A DNA stretch of 62,813 nt from a virus, in the IMG/VR virus record IMGVR_UViG_3300030118_004366, positions 1 through 62,813 of that record; one strand, given 5' to 3'. The translations under genes and the position numbers were made by a program. This document shows positions 41,637 through 51,140 of the stretch, in pieces (position 1 is the stretch's first letter; the number at the start of each line of letters is the position of its first letter). The notes under the pieces were generated by a model. The model made no database searches and was not told the origin of the DNA. It saw only the letters and a list, made by a program, of their open reading frames with translations.

Positions 41637-42551
41637 ATGACATACATAAATCAATATCAATATTATACTAATAACGGTAACGCTCCTGAAGACGCAAACT
41701 GGGGCTCATATCAATACGTGTCTTTACAAGATATCGTAAATAATTTTATGTTGATGTATCAAGGTAATCATGAATTAGTAAACAATATAAACAGGTTTCA
41801 AATATTATTTCACGCAAAGCGTGGTATTCAAGAGTTGAATTACGACGCGATGAAAGAAATAAAAGTTTTACAATTAGATGTAGGTAATAATTCAAGATTT
41901 ATATTGCCAGCGGATTATGTAAACTGGGTAAGAATATCTCAATTTAGAAATGGTGTATTGTATCCAATGAGCGAAAACATACAAACTAATTGGAGTTCAG
42001 CTTATTTACAAGATAACAATGATAGAATATTATTTGACCAAGATGGTAATCCTTTAAGCCCACAAGATTCGCAAGTAGATTTAAGTAGAGGAAGAAGAGG
42101 TATATATCTAAACAGCAACAGTATGTTTCATAATTGTGAAGGCACATGCGTTGATGGTTGCTGGTATTTTGATTATGCAGTCGGTGCAAGATTCGGATTA
42201 AACACAGAAACAGCAAACGTAAATCCTACATTTACTATAGATAAAAAAGCAGGAGTAATTAATTTTAGTTCTTTAGGTGGAAGTGCTTCTGTTGTTTTAG
42301 AATATGTTTCAGATGGTATGGAAGGTGGTGATGATTCTAAAGTTAGTGTAAATAAATTATTTGAAGAATATATATACGCATATATTAAATATTCTATTTT
42401 GAATAGTAGATTAGGAGTGCAAGAATATATAGTAAGAAGAGCTCAAAAAGATAAGTCTTCTTTACTACGTAATGCAAAAATAAGATTAAGTAATATACAT
42501 CCTGGTCGACTCTTAATGAACTTAAGAGGTCAGGATAAATGGATAAAGTAG
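41637..42551 (+). CDS. Virion structural protein (putative)
   Basis: 304-aa ORF in the structural operon. Confidence 0.5.
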   Translation: MTYINQYQYYTNNGNAPEDANWGSYQYVSLQDIVNNFMLMYQGNHELVNNINRFQILFHAKRGIQELNYDAMKEIKVLQLDVGNNSRFILPADYVNWVRISQFRNGVLYPMSENIQTNWSSAYLQDNNDRILFDQDGNPLSPQDSQVDLSRGRRGIYLNSNSMFHNCEGTCVDGCWYFDYAVGARFGLNTETANVNPTFTIDKKAGVINFSSLGGSASVVLEYVSDGMEGGDDSKVSVNKLFEEYIYAYIKYSILNSRLGVQEYIVRRAQKDKSSLLRNAKIRLSNIHPGRLLMNLRGQDKWIK

Positions 42552-42552
42552 T

Positions 42553-45500
42553 ATGCCAATAGTAACCACAAATTTTATAAAAGGACGTATGAATAAGTCT
42601 GTGGATGAGAGGCTTCTCCCACCAGGCGAATACGTAGATGCTATGAATCTAAGATTGGGTTCTACAGAAACCACTGAAGTTGGTGCTGTAGAAAACAGTA
42701 GAGGTAATACGCAGCTTACAACTTTATCTTTTGAAAATATAAACTTAACAAGTGCAGCTACATGTATTGGTGCGTATGAAGACAGTGCAAATGAAACATT
42801 GTATTGGTTTGTTCATGACCCTAACTATACTACTGGAGGTAAGGTTAAACCACTTGATTTAATTTTATCATACAATACAAATGCGAATACACTTAGATAC
42901 CATGTAATATCTTTTACTGTTTTAAATTTTAATCCTTTATACTTAATGACTGCAGTAGAAAAGATAGAGAATTTACTTTTCTTTTCTGATAACTTTAACC
43001 CACCCAGAAAAATAAACGTTACTTTTTCTTATGATTTTCCTGTAGGACAGGTAGACCAAATAGTAGACGAAGATTTAAATGTTATAGTAAAACCACCTGG
43101 TTATGAGTTTGAACCTGGTGTAACTCCAACTGCAGATATACCATTACCAGCACCAACCTTTGTTGGTTTAGAATTAACTGGTTCAGAAAATTATATTGAA
43201 GATAGATTTTTATCCTTTGCTTACCGTTACAGGTATGCAAACAACGAATATAGTGCAACATCATTATTTTCAAAACCTGCTTTTGCTCCAAACCCTTTTA
43301 AGTTTAGTGTTAAAAATTATAATAATGAAGGAATGACAAACAGATTTAACGCTGTTAATGTATCATTCAACACGGGAAGTGAAAGGGTTAATGAAGTAGA
43401 TTTATTGTTTAAAGACTCAAATACAAATAATATTTATGTTATAGAAAGATTTAACAAATTAGAGCAAGGTTGGGCTAATAATTCTGTACATACTTTTCAG
43501 TTTAACAACAGTAAAATATATTCTGTTTTAGGTAGTGATGAGTTGCTTAGGTTATACGATAATGTTCCTAAGAAAGCTCGAGCATTAACTATTATGGGTA
43601 ATCGTCTAATATATGGTAATTACACTGACGGTTATAATATTACGAATGAAAATGACCAGAAAATAGCTATTGATTATACCACGGAACTTGTAACTAAAAA
43701 CGTAGGCTTTATTCAATTACAAGAACCTACATTAGCTAATGGTACTAATTATACGATTGACCCAAACAATACAGTGACAGCTACTAATGCTATTGTTCAA
43801 TTTGATTTATCTGAAATAAACGATAAGCTAAAACAAAATTCTATTCTAAATCTAAGTCTTTTATTAGAGTCTTCACAAATCGGTGGTACAACAGGTGAAC
43901 CTTGTTTTCAAGATAATATAAATTTTTCACAAGGTATTATTAATTTTGATATAGGTATAACACTGCAACAAGACTATGCAACCGTTTATGATTTATCACA
44001 AAGCTCTGATTTTAGAAATGCAATAGGCACACAGTTGGGTGTAAACTTTTTAACAATGGCAGATGCCAGTCAGGGAGGTTCTCTAACTGATAGGTTTAAT
44101 AATGATTTAGCTCTTCCGTCTGTAGGTGCATGTGTTTTTTCAAAAGAGATAAGTGGTATAGATAGTTCTTCAGCTCAACAAGGCTTTAGAATTACAGCTA
44201 CACCAGGTAGTGATATTATTGGATTACAAGTAATAGCAATGAAGTTTATCAGTGCTGCAGACCCAACAGCTACACCCCCTATATCTCAAACTGATTTATA
44301 TGAATACTTTAGAATTGTTTCGGGTGACGCAGTTTTCAGTACAGCATCAGACACAGGTTCATTACATAGTAATCGAGACTTTGCCACTGGTATTGTTTAT
44401 TTAGATGAGTATGGACGAGCATCAACAGTATTAACAAGTAATTTTAATACTATCAGTATACCTACTGCTAATAGCATAACACTTAATAGTATTAGAGCAA
44501 CAGTTCAAAACTACGCTCCATCATGGGCACAGAGATATAAGTTTGTGGTCAAGCCAAGTAAAGGTAATTACGAAACAATATTTTCTAATTTTTATTACGC
44601 TGTACAAACATCACAAGTAACTTATTTTAAATTAGAAGGTGACAATCAAAATAAAGTAAAAACAGGAGATACTTTAATTGTAAAGACAGACGTTGGTGGT
44701 CCTATATCAGAGGTTGTAAAAGCAAAAGTTTTAAATGTAGAAGGACAACCTAAAAACTTTTTAAATGACGACCAAGGAATGGGTCAAAGTACAACTCAAT
44801 TAGCTGGATTATATATGGAAATAAAGCCCTCTGGTTTTAATGTAAACATTCCAGATGATGCAGTAATTGATAACGGAGAAAAGAAAACAACAGGAACTGG
44901 TAATGATGGTACTTGTAAGCACGGTGTACTTTATCCTTTATTTACAACTGATGCTGGTCCACCTCAAACTACAAACAACTATGATATACCAGCTGGTTCA
45001 GCTATTGATATAAACATAAGAGTTAGCAGACCAGGTAGAGGTAGTAAATGTGAGGAATATAATTGGAAGTGGAATCAAACATTGTTTGCATCAACTGATT
45101 ATCCAGACTTTAGAAGATGGTGGTTGGGTGACGGAATAAACGCAGCAAACGCATCGCCTGGTGAAATAGCAGCTCAAGGAAGTATAGATGTAGTTTTTAA
45201 AACAGCTGTAGGAAGTTATTCGGCAGGAGTTGGAGGAGTTACTTGTACTGACAATAGTGGAGCAAGCATGGGTAATAATACCATATTTTTTCAGTTTGTC
45301 CAAGACACAGTAGCGGACGCTGCATCTCCACTTGGTTTAGTAGTAAAAACAAAAAAACAAGGATGCTCAGGATTTCAACCATTTTCACGAAGAAGAAATG
45401 TTTCTGTTAGATGTGAAATAGTAGTTACACGAGCAAACACTATGATTGTGTTTGAAACAGAACCTGTAGACGCAAGTCCAGATATATTCTTCGACGCTTC

Positions 45501-47379
45501 AGAATCTTATCCAATTATAAGAGACACGTCTACTGGTAATTATTTTCATCAATCTGCGACAGCTGATGGTGACCAAAACCAAACCGCTACACAGCCAGCC
45601 ATAGTCACGCTTCCATTTATTGATTGTTTTACCTTTGGTAATGGTGTAGAAAGTTTTAAAATTAAAGATGACTTAGCAGGCAGGCCACTAAAAATGGGGC
45701 AACGAAGTTTGGCTGTTTCTGAGCAAGACTTTAAAGAAGCTCATAGGTTTGCTGATTTATCGTATAGTGGTGTATTTAGTAATAACGCAGGTGTAAATAA
45801 TCTTAATGAATTTAATTTAGGATTAGCAAACTTTAAAGAATTAGAAACAAGTTTTGGTCCTATACAAAAATTATATGCAAGAGAAACAGACATACTTACA
45901 TTACAGGAAGACAAGATAAGTTATGTGTTGGCGTCTAAAAATTTAATAAGCGATGCAACTGGAGGTGGGGCTATTGTTTCTTCACCTACAATATTAGGAA
46001 CACAAATTGCCAGAACAGAAGAATATGGAATAAGTTTTAATCCTGAAAGTTTTGCGGTATATGGAGATAGTTATTATTTTACTGATACAAAAAGAGTAGC
46101 AGTAATTAGATTAGTTGGCAATTCGCAAAACGACCAGCTCGAAGTAATATCTGATAAAGGTATGCGTTCATGGTTTAGAGATAATTTTCAATTAGCTTTA
46201 GGTACACAAAAATTAGGAGGTTATGACCCTTATATGGATGAGTTTGTTTTGTCTACCAACGATAAATTAGTACCATTACCTCCAGTTATATATGAATGTG
46301 GTTCTGAATTTCAAGCAACTTCAGATACAGCTCAGTCTTATACCATAGATTTTGGTACTATTATAGGAACCTTTGATGTGGTTTTCACAGTAAGCGGCAC
46401 GGCTACTTGTAGTGTGTTGTATAATGGTAGTACTTCAACTACAGGAGCAGTAAGTAATGCTACTGTAACTTTATCTGTACCAAAATCTACAAACACACCT
46501 ACAACTGCAGTGGTCACAGTAACCCCAGCAGCTACAGCAAGCTGGACAGTAAAACCAAAATGTGTACCACCAGTAAATATAACAGTATTTAAATGTGTAA
46601 TAAATTCTAACATAGATAGTGGCGAATTGATATCAGTAGAATATGGATGGAGTGATGTTCAAACAATAAGTCCAATAGATACTGACCAAATTACTATGGG
46701 TCCAAACCCACAGATATTTAGTTATTTTCAGAGTCAAACAGGTGTGCGTTCTGTTGGTGTTTATCCATTTAATGGAGCCAGTTTAAACATGCGCATAAAC
46801 AAGATGGCTACGGACACTTATGATTATAAGTTTCCAAATGATAATTTTAAATTTTTATCTACTAATACTTTGTATTCTAACACAGTATCTGATGTCAGCA
46901 CATTATTGGGGTTAGCTTCAACAATACCAAATAGTTTTGTAAGTAATCCTACAGGCACAAACATAAGAGAAGCTACGGTAACACCTGCAACAAATCCATC
47001 GTTCACGTTGCCTTTAGCTAATCAGTATTTGTATTTAATTTATGACTTTAGATTTACAGCTGCACAAAACTTATGTTATTCAGACACATCATCTTCAGAG
47101 GCATGTTGTGAGTGTACAATACCTTGTAACTCATTTGCAGCAAGCACAGTGCAGATATCATCATCAGTAGCATGTAATCAACCATTGAGTCAAACGTTTT
47201 ATTATGCAGGTTCTGGAGGATTAGCGTTGTATGATTTAGTATATTCTGATGCAGCTTGTGCGGGTAATGCACCAGGTCAAGGTATAAATAACTTAACAGC
47301 TGGTTATTATAAGATAACAGGAAATGAGTATATTAGGGTAAATAATTTAGGAATGGTAATAGAAAAAGCAAGTTGTTAA
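42553..47379 (+). CDS. Very large tail/nozzle structural protein with Cys-framed C-terminal domain
   Basis: 1608-aa ORF. Its C-terminal 60-odd residues belong to the repeat family seen in the next gene. Confidence 0.65.
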   Translation: MPIVTTNFIKGRMNKSVDERLLPPGEYVDAMNLRLGSTETTEVGAVENSRGNTQLTTLSFENINLTSAATCIGAYEDSANETLYWFVHDPNYTTGGKVKPLDLILSYNTNANTLRYHVISFTVLNFNPLYLMTAVEKIENLLFFSDNFNPPRKINVTFSYDFPVGQVDQIVDEDLNVIVKPPGYEFEPGVTPTADIPLPAPTFVGLELTGSENYIEDRFLSFAYRYRYANNEYSATSLFSKPAFAPNPFKFSVKNYNNEGMTNRFNAVNVSFNTGSERVNEVDLLFKDSNTNNIYVIERFNKLEQGWANNSVHTFQFNNSKIYSVLGSDELLRLYDNVPKKARALTIMGNRLIYGNYTDGYNITNENDQKIAIDYTTELVTKNVGFIQLQEPTLANGTNYTIDPNNTVTATNAIVQFDLSEINDKLKQNSILNLSLLLESSQIGGTTGEPCFQDNINFSQGIINFDIGITLQQDYATVYDLSQSSDFRNAIGTQLGVNFLTMADASQGGSLTDRFNNDLALPSVGACVFSKEISGIDSSSAQQGFRITATPGSDIIGLQVIAMKFISAADPTATPPISQTDLYEYFRIVSGDAVFSTASDTGSLHSNRDFATGIVYLDEYGRASTVLTSNFNTISIPTANSITLNSIRATVQNYAPSWAQRYKFVVKPSKGNYETIFSNFYYAVQTSQVTYFKLEGDNQNKVKTGDTLIVKTDVGGPISEVVKAKVLNVEGQPKNFLNDDQGMGQSTTQLAGLYMEIKPSGFNVNIPDDAVIDNGEKKTTGTGNDGTCKHGVLYPLFTTDAGPPQTTNNYDIPAGSAIDINIRVSRPGRGSKCEEYNWKWNQTLFASTDYPDFRRWWLGDGINAANASPGEIAAQGSIDVVFKTAVGSYSAGVGGVTCTDNSGASMGNNTIFFQFVQDTVADAASPLGLVVKTKKQGCSGFQPFSRRRNVSVRCEIVVTRANTMIVFETEPVDASPDIFFDASESYPIIRDTSTGNYFHQSATADGDQNQTATQPAIVTLPFIDCFTFGNGVESFKIKDDLAGRPLKMGQRSLAVSEQDFKEAHRFADLSYSGVFSNNAGVNNLNEFNLGLANFKELETSFGPIQKLYARETDILTLQEDKISYVLASKNLISDATGGGAIVSSPTILGTQIARTEEYGISFNPESFAVYGDSYYFTDTKRVAVIRLVGNSQNDQLEVISDKGMRSWFRDNFQLALGTQKLGGYDPYMDEFVLSTNDKLVPLPPVIYECGSEFQATSDTAQSYTIDFGTIIGTFDVVFTVSGTATCSVLYNGSTSTTGAVSNATVTLSVPKSTNTPTTAVVTVTPAATASWTVKPKCVPPVNITVFKCVINSNIDSGELISVEYGWSDVQTISPIDTDQITMGPNPQIFSYFQSQTGVRSVGVYPFNGASLNMRINKMATDTYDYKFPNDNFKFLSTNTLYSNTVSDVSTLLGLASTIPNSFVSNPTGTNIREATVTPATNPSFTLPLANQYLYLIYDFRFTAAQNLCYSDTSSSEACCECTIPCNSFAASTVQISSSVACNQPLSQTFYYAGSGGLALYDLVYSDAACAGNAPGQGINNLTAGYYKITGNEYIRVNNLGMVIEKASC

Positions 47380-47380
47380 T

Positions 47381-48937
47381 ATGGCAGTAAATTACGGTAT
47401 ATTTTATTTTGATGGTATAAATTTTTCAAGTGCTACTTCGGTGTACTCGAATCCAGCCCTTACTACTTTAGCGGCTGATGGATACTATGCACAAAATGGA
47501 ATAGTAAGACAACAGTTAAATGGTGTATTATTAAACGCACAATCATGCACATCATGTGGAGTTGATTGTGGTTCTGGAATAAGTGCAAATTTCTCTGGCA
47601 CTGGTTTCTTTAATGCTGATATCAATGTTGCAAACAGTGTTGGTGCTGTTGTAATATATGCCTATATGACAGGCACAATACCAGATGGTATACAAGCAAC
47701 CTTTAATAATGTTGCATACAACAAACTAACTTGTTTTAATAATCACAATGGTGTTACACTAATTGATTGTGACAGAAATACAAACCTTGATTATGCTGGA
47801 GTAAATAATCAACCAGCAACAGGTACTAACTTTACATTAGTTGGTAATGATAGAGGGCCCTCAGCATGTGGTACTTATAATAATCTTCCAGACTATAATT
47901 TAGTTGGAACAAACTACGTTCAAACTGGAACCACCCAAAGTGTTACTATTGTAAACAATATGGTGGGGTGTGCAACAGACACATCAAATCCAAGTTCTCC
48001 TGTATTTACATTAGTAGTTCCTAAAACAGACGTTAGTTTGACAAGTGTGAATGTAAAAATTATTGCACCTTTTACTGGGACTATATTCCACTGGGAAATA
48101 TTATGCCCAGAAGCTTTACCAAGTTTTACTGGTAGTGCGTTACAAGACAACACAAACTGTACTTCACCAACCACAACTTATTACTTTGCACGAAATGCAC
48201 AGGGTACAACCGCACCATTTACAAAAGATACTAATACCACACCTGATATAGGTAATTTTGTTTATACAGATGATAGTGGAGCAAATGCTTTAAACGGCAC
48301 ATCGGCATTGAGATATGTAATAATAAATAGTACAACAGCCCTTGGAATAAGAAATGGAGTAGTGGTTAGTTCTGCCGCGTGTGCAAACTCAGGAGCATTT
48401 ACTTCGTTCCAAGCTTCTTTAGCCACTACAGTAAGTGCAATATGTGACGGAGGTTCAGCACCAGCAACAGGGCAAACTTATTATCATAATGGTTCTGGAA
48501 CATACCCAGTCAATGGTGATGTAGTATACAGCTCATCGAGTGGCCCAGGTTCGGAATTAGCAGCAGGAGTATATTATTTATATTCTGCTGGAGGAACCGC
48601 TAACTATATAAGTATAGGCGTAGGTGGTGTGGCTACCACAGCAACCTGTAGTCCTCCAACAACTTTAATATATTTAAGTCCAGTAGCATCTGCTTGTAAT
48701 GCTTTTTGTAATAGTTCTTACCTTATAAACACACCAAGAGCTACAACAAATAACCATAATTTCGCAGCAGTAGAGATAGGAGATATAATATCTGGTGCAA
48801 GTTTAACACCAGGTTGGTACGCCTATGCAGCCTCTTCTACAGCTACATCGGGTACATTTAGAATTATGCAAGTAGATAGTAGTAATCAAATAACATCATT
48901 AGCTGAATGTGATTCTGGCTCTTGTGCAATAATATAA
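47381..48937 (+). CDS. Structural protein built from repeated Cys-framed Y-Y-x-G...VY...GYY...C domains
   Basis: 518 aa with at least 4 copies of a domain of about 55 aa. Confidence 0.6.
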   Translation: MAVNYGIFYFDGINFSSATSVYSNPALTTLAADGYYAQNGIVRQQLNGVLLNAQSCTSCGVDCGSGISANFSGTGFFNADINVANSVGAVVIYAYMTGTIPDGIQATFNNVAYNKLTCFNNHNGVTLIDCDRNTNLDYAGVNNQPATGTNFTLVGNDRGPSACGTYNNLPDYNLVGTNYVQTGTTQSVTIVNNMVGCATDTSNPSSPVFTLVVPKTDVSLTSVNVKIIAPFTGTIFHWEILCPEALPSFTGSALQDNTNCTSPTTTYYFARNAQGTTAPFTKDTNTTPDIGNFVYTDDSGANALNGTSALRYVIINSTTALGIRNGVVVSSAACANSGAFTSFQASLATTVSAICDGGSAPATGQTYYHNGSGTYPVNGDVVYSSSSGPGSELAAGVYYLYSAGGTANYISIGVGGVATTATCSPPTTLIYLSPVASACNAFCNSSYLINTPRATTNNHNFAAVEIGDIISGASLTPGWYAYAASSTATSGTFRIMQVDSSNQITSLAECDSGSCAII

Positions 48938-48939
48938 TT

Positions 48940-49737
48940 ATGTCTTTACAAAACTATACATTAACATATAAACCAGAAAACGACGGATGGCCTTCGTTCT
49001 ATTCTTTTATGCCTGAATATATCATTGGTATGAATGCTTACTTATATACTTTCCAAAACGGAAACTTATACAGACATAATACTAATCCAAATAGAAATGA
49101 ATATTACGGTGTGCCTGGCACTGACCCAGCAAACGCTTCAACTTTAACAAGTGTTTTTAATCCAGAGCCAACACTATCTATAAAACTATTTAAAACATTA
49201 TCCTTTGAAAGTAATGCTGCCTGGGATTGTACAAACTTGTTAACAGATTTAAGCCAGGGTGATGTAGATTTAATACACTTTGAACAAAAAGAAGGAGAAT
49301 GGTATGCTTATGTAAGACATCTTGAGGGTGTAACTGATTTTACTTTACGTTATGCGAATGGTTTAGGTACAGTAAGTATCGCACCGACTGGACCAAATAC
49401 AGCCAGAGTCATAACTTTAGGTCAACCTATAGGCAACATAGTAAGTATTGGTGCGGTTATATATACATTAGTTGCAGGAAATACTCCTGTCATAGCAGGG
49501 ACTATAATAGGAATAGATAAAAATAATAATACAATTACTGTAAATGAAACTATACCAGCTGGGCCACCGACGCCAGTCGGACCAGTCAATGGTAATTTTA
49601 TTTTGTTTGCAAACAATACGGTAGCTGAATCATACGGCATGCGAGGTTATTTTATGGAATTTACCCTGTCTAATAATCTTGACACACCAGTGGAGTTGTT
49701 CTCGGTGGGTAGCAGTGTGATGAAAAGTTTTCCATAG
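48940..49737 (+). CDS. Virion structural protein (putative; start set at MSLQNY)
   Basis: 265 aa. The ORF-track start at 48922 overlaps the previous gene. Confidence 0.55.
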   Translation: MSLQNYTLTYKPENDGWPSFYSFMPEYIIGMNAYLYTFQNGNLYRHNTNPNRNEYYGVPGTDPANASTLTSVFNPEPTLSIKLFKTLSFESNAAWDCTNLLTDLSQGDVDLIHFEQKEGEWYAYVRHLEGVTDFTLRYANGLGTVSIAPTGPNTARVITLGQPIGNIVSIGAVIYTLVAGNTPVIAGTIIGIDKNNNTITVNETIPAGPPTPVGPVNGNFILFANNTVAESYGMRGYFMEFTLSNNLDTPVELFSVGSSVMKSFP

Positions 49738-49745
49738 ATTTTTAT

Positions 49746-49753
49746 TATCTTTG
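49746..49753 (+). promoter_or_regulatory. -7 box TATCTTTG
   Basis: The context ttattatctttg lies 19 nt upstream of the ATG at 49772. Confidence 0.5.
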
Positions 49754-49771
49754 TCTGAAATAGTATACAAC

Positions 49772-50305
49772 ATGCAAGAATCTTTGGTAACCAATGAGTA
49801 TAAGCCAGAAGATATTTTAAATGCTGTCCACTATAACAAAGGTATTTTGTGGGATAAGATATCTGCATTTCATAAACAAATATCTGTTTTAGAAGGAGCA
49901 GCTACACATGAGGTAGGAAAACCACAGGAGGAATTGATGCAGCAATATTATCCTTTGAAGCATCACATGGAAGGTGGTTTATATACCAGAGAAATATTTA
50001 TGCCGAAGGGACACTTGACTGTTTCGTTTATACATAAGCAACAGCATCCGTCTTTTTTACTTCAGGGTAAGGTTTCTTTTTTGAATGATGAAGGTAAAAT
50101 AATTACTATAGAAGCCCCACATACTGTGTTTACACAAGTGGGAACACAAAGAATATTTTATATTCATGAAGATACAAAATGGGTATGCGTTCATAAGACT
50201 AATGCTACAACAGTAGAAGAAGCAGAGAAAGAAATATATGCAAGTGATTATAAACAATTACCAAAAAAAATAATTAATAAAGCTTTAAAATTATGGCAGG
50301 AGTAA
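49772..50305 (+). CDS. Hypothetical protein, possibly cupin-like (start set at MQESL)
   Basis: 177 aa. The ORF-track start at 49751 is a TTG lying inside the promoter box. Confidence 0.55.
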   Translation: MQESLVTNEYKPEDILNAVHYNKGILWDKISAFHKQISVLEGAATHEVGKPQEELMQQYYPLKHHMEGGLYTREIFMPKGHLTVSFIHKQQHPSFLLQGKVSFLNDEGKIITIEAPHTVFTQVGTQRIFYIHEDTKWVCVHKTNATTVEEAEKEIYASDYKQLPKKIINKALKLWQE

Positions 50306-51138
50306 TAGCAGGTATAGGCTTAGCACTTTCAGCAGTAGGTTCAGGAGTCGGTTTTGCACAAGCGGCAAAAGCCAGAAGAGAACAAAGAAAGGCTCAAAAC
50401 GAGCAAAGAAAATTAATGCAGAAAGCTAAAGAGCGTGCAGAAAAAAACTTTTATGACACATTAAATGTACCAGTAGACGCATTTGAGAATCAGTTTAAAC
50501 AGAATCAACAAGTAGCTGCCCAGGCTTTACAAGCACTACAACAAGGAGACGCAAGAAATTTAGCTGCAGGAGTAGGTGGTCTACAAGCTGCCGCTTCTCA
50601 GGCAAATGAGGTTGTTAGAACAGGTATGCAGGATGCTCTGTATGAAAATCAAAAGATGAAGGTAGAAGCAAGAGATAGAGTAAATCAACAGCTTCTGGAT
50701 ATGGAGGTAGGAGCTGCTGCCGACCAAGCTCAAATAGCAAGAGATTTTGGGGCAGACGCAGCTGCAGGTATACAAGGAGGTATAGCAAGCGCACAACAAG
50801 CTGCACAACAAGCCTCAGCATTAGTTCCGTTGTTTGGAAAAAGTAAAGCAGATAGAGCAGGAATGAGGATAGAAGAAGGGTTTGGAGTAGATGATTTAGG
50901 TAAATCTGTAGCCGAAGGAGGAACGGGTATGACACAGAAACAAAGAGCTGATAAATTAAGGGGTTATGAGTTTACTCCTCAAGAAATAAAACAGTTTCAA
51001 CAAGGAGGTACTATTGATGTAGAAAAGTTTAAAACATTTGTTACAGGTGATGACCCAAGATTTAAAAATTTACAGGCGGGAATTGGTGATGTTACTGATT
51101 TAGCAAGTCTGCAAAAATTACTGTACGGATACGAATAG
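50293..51138 (+). CDS. Internal virion protein (gp14-like by position), Gly-zipper N-terminus, Gln/Ala-rich
   Basis: 281 aa starting MAGVIAGIGLALSAVGSGVGFAQ... Confidence 0.5.
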   Translation: MAGVIAGIGLALSAVGSGVGFAQAAKARREQRKAQNEQRKLMQKAKERAEKNFYDTLNVPVDAFENQFKQNQQVAAQALQALQQGDARNLAAGVGGLQAAASQANEVVRTGMQDALYENQKMKVEARDRVNQQLLDMEVGAAADQAQIARDFGADAAAGIQGGIASAQQAAQQASALVPLFGKSKADRAGMRIEEGFGVDDLGKSVAEGGTGMTQKQRADKLRGYEFTPQEIKQFQQGGTIDVEKFKTFVTGDDPRFKNLQAGIGDVTDLASLQKLLYGYE

Positions 51139-51140
51139 TT

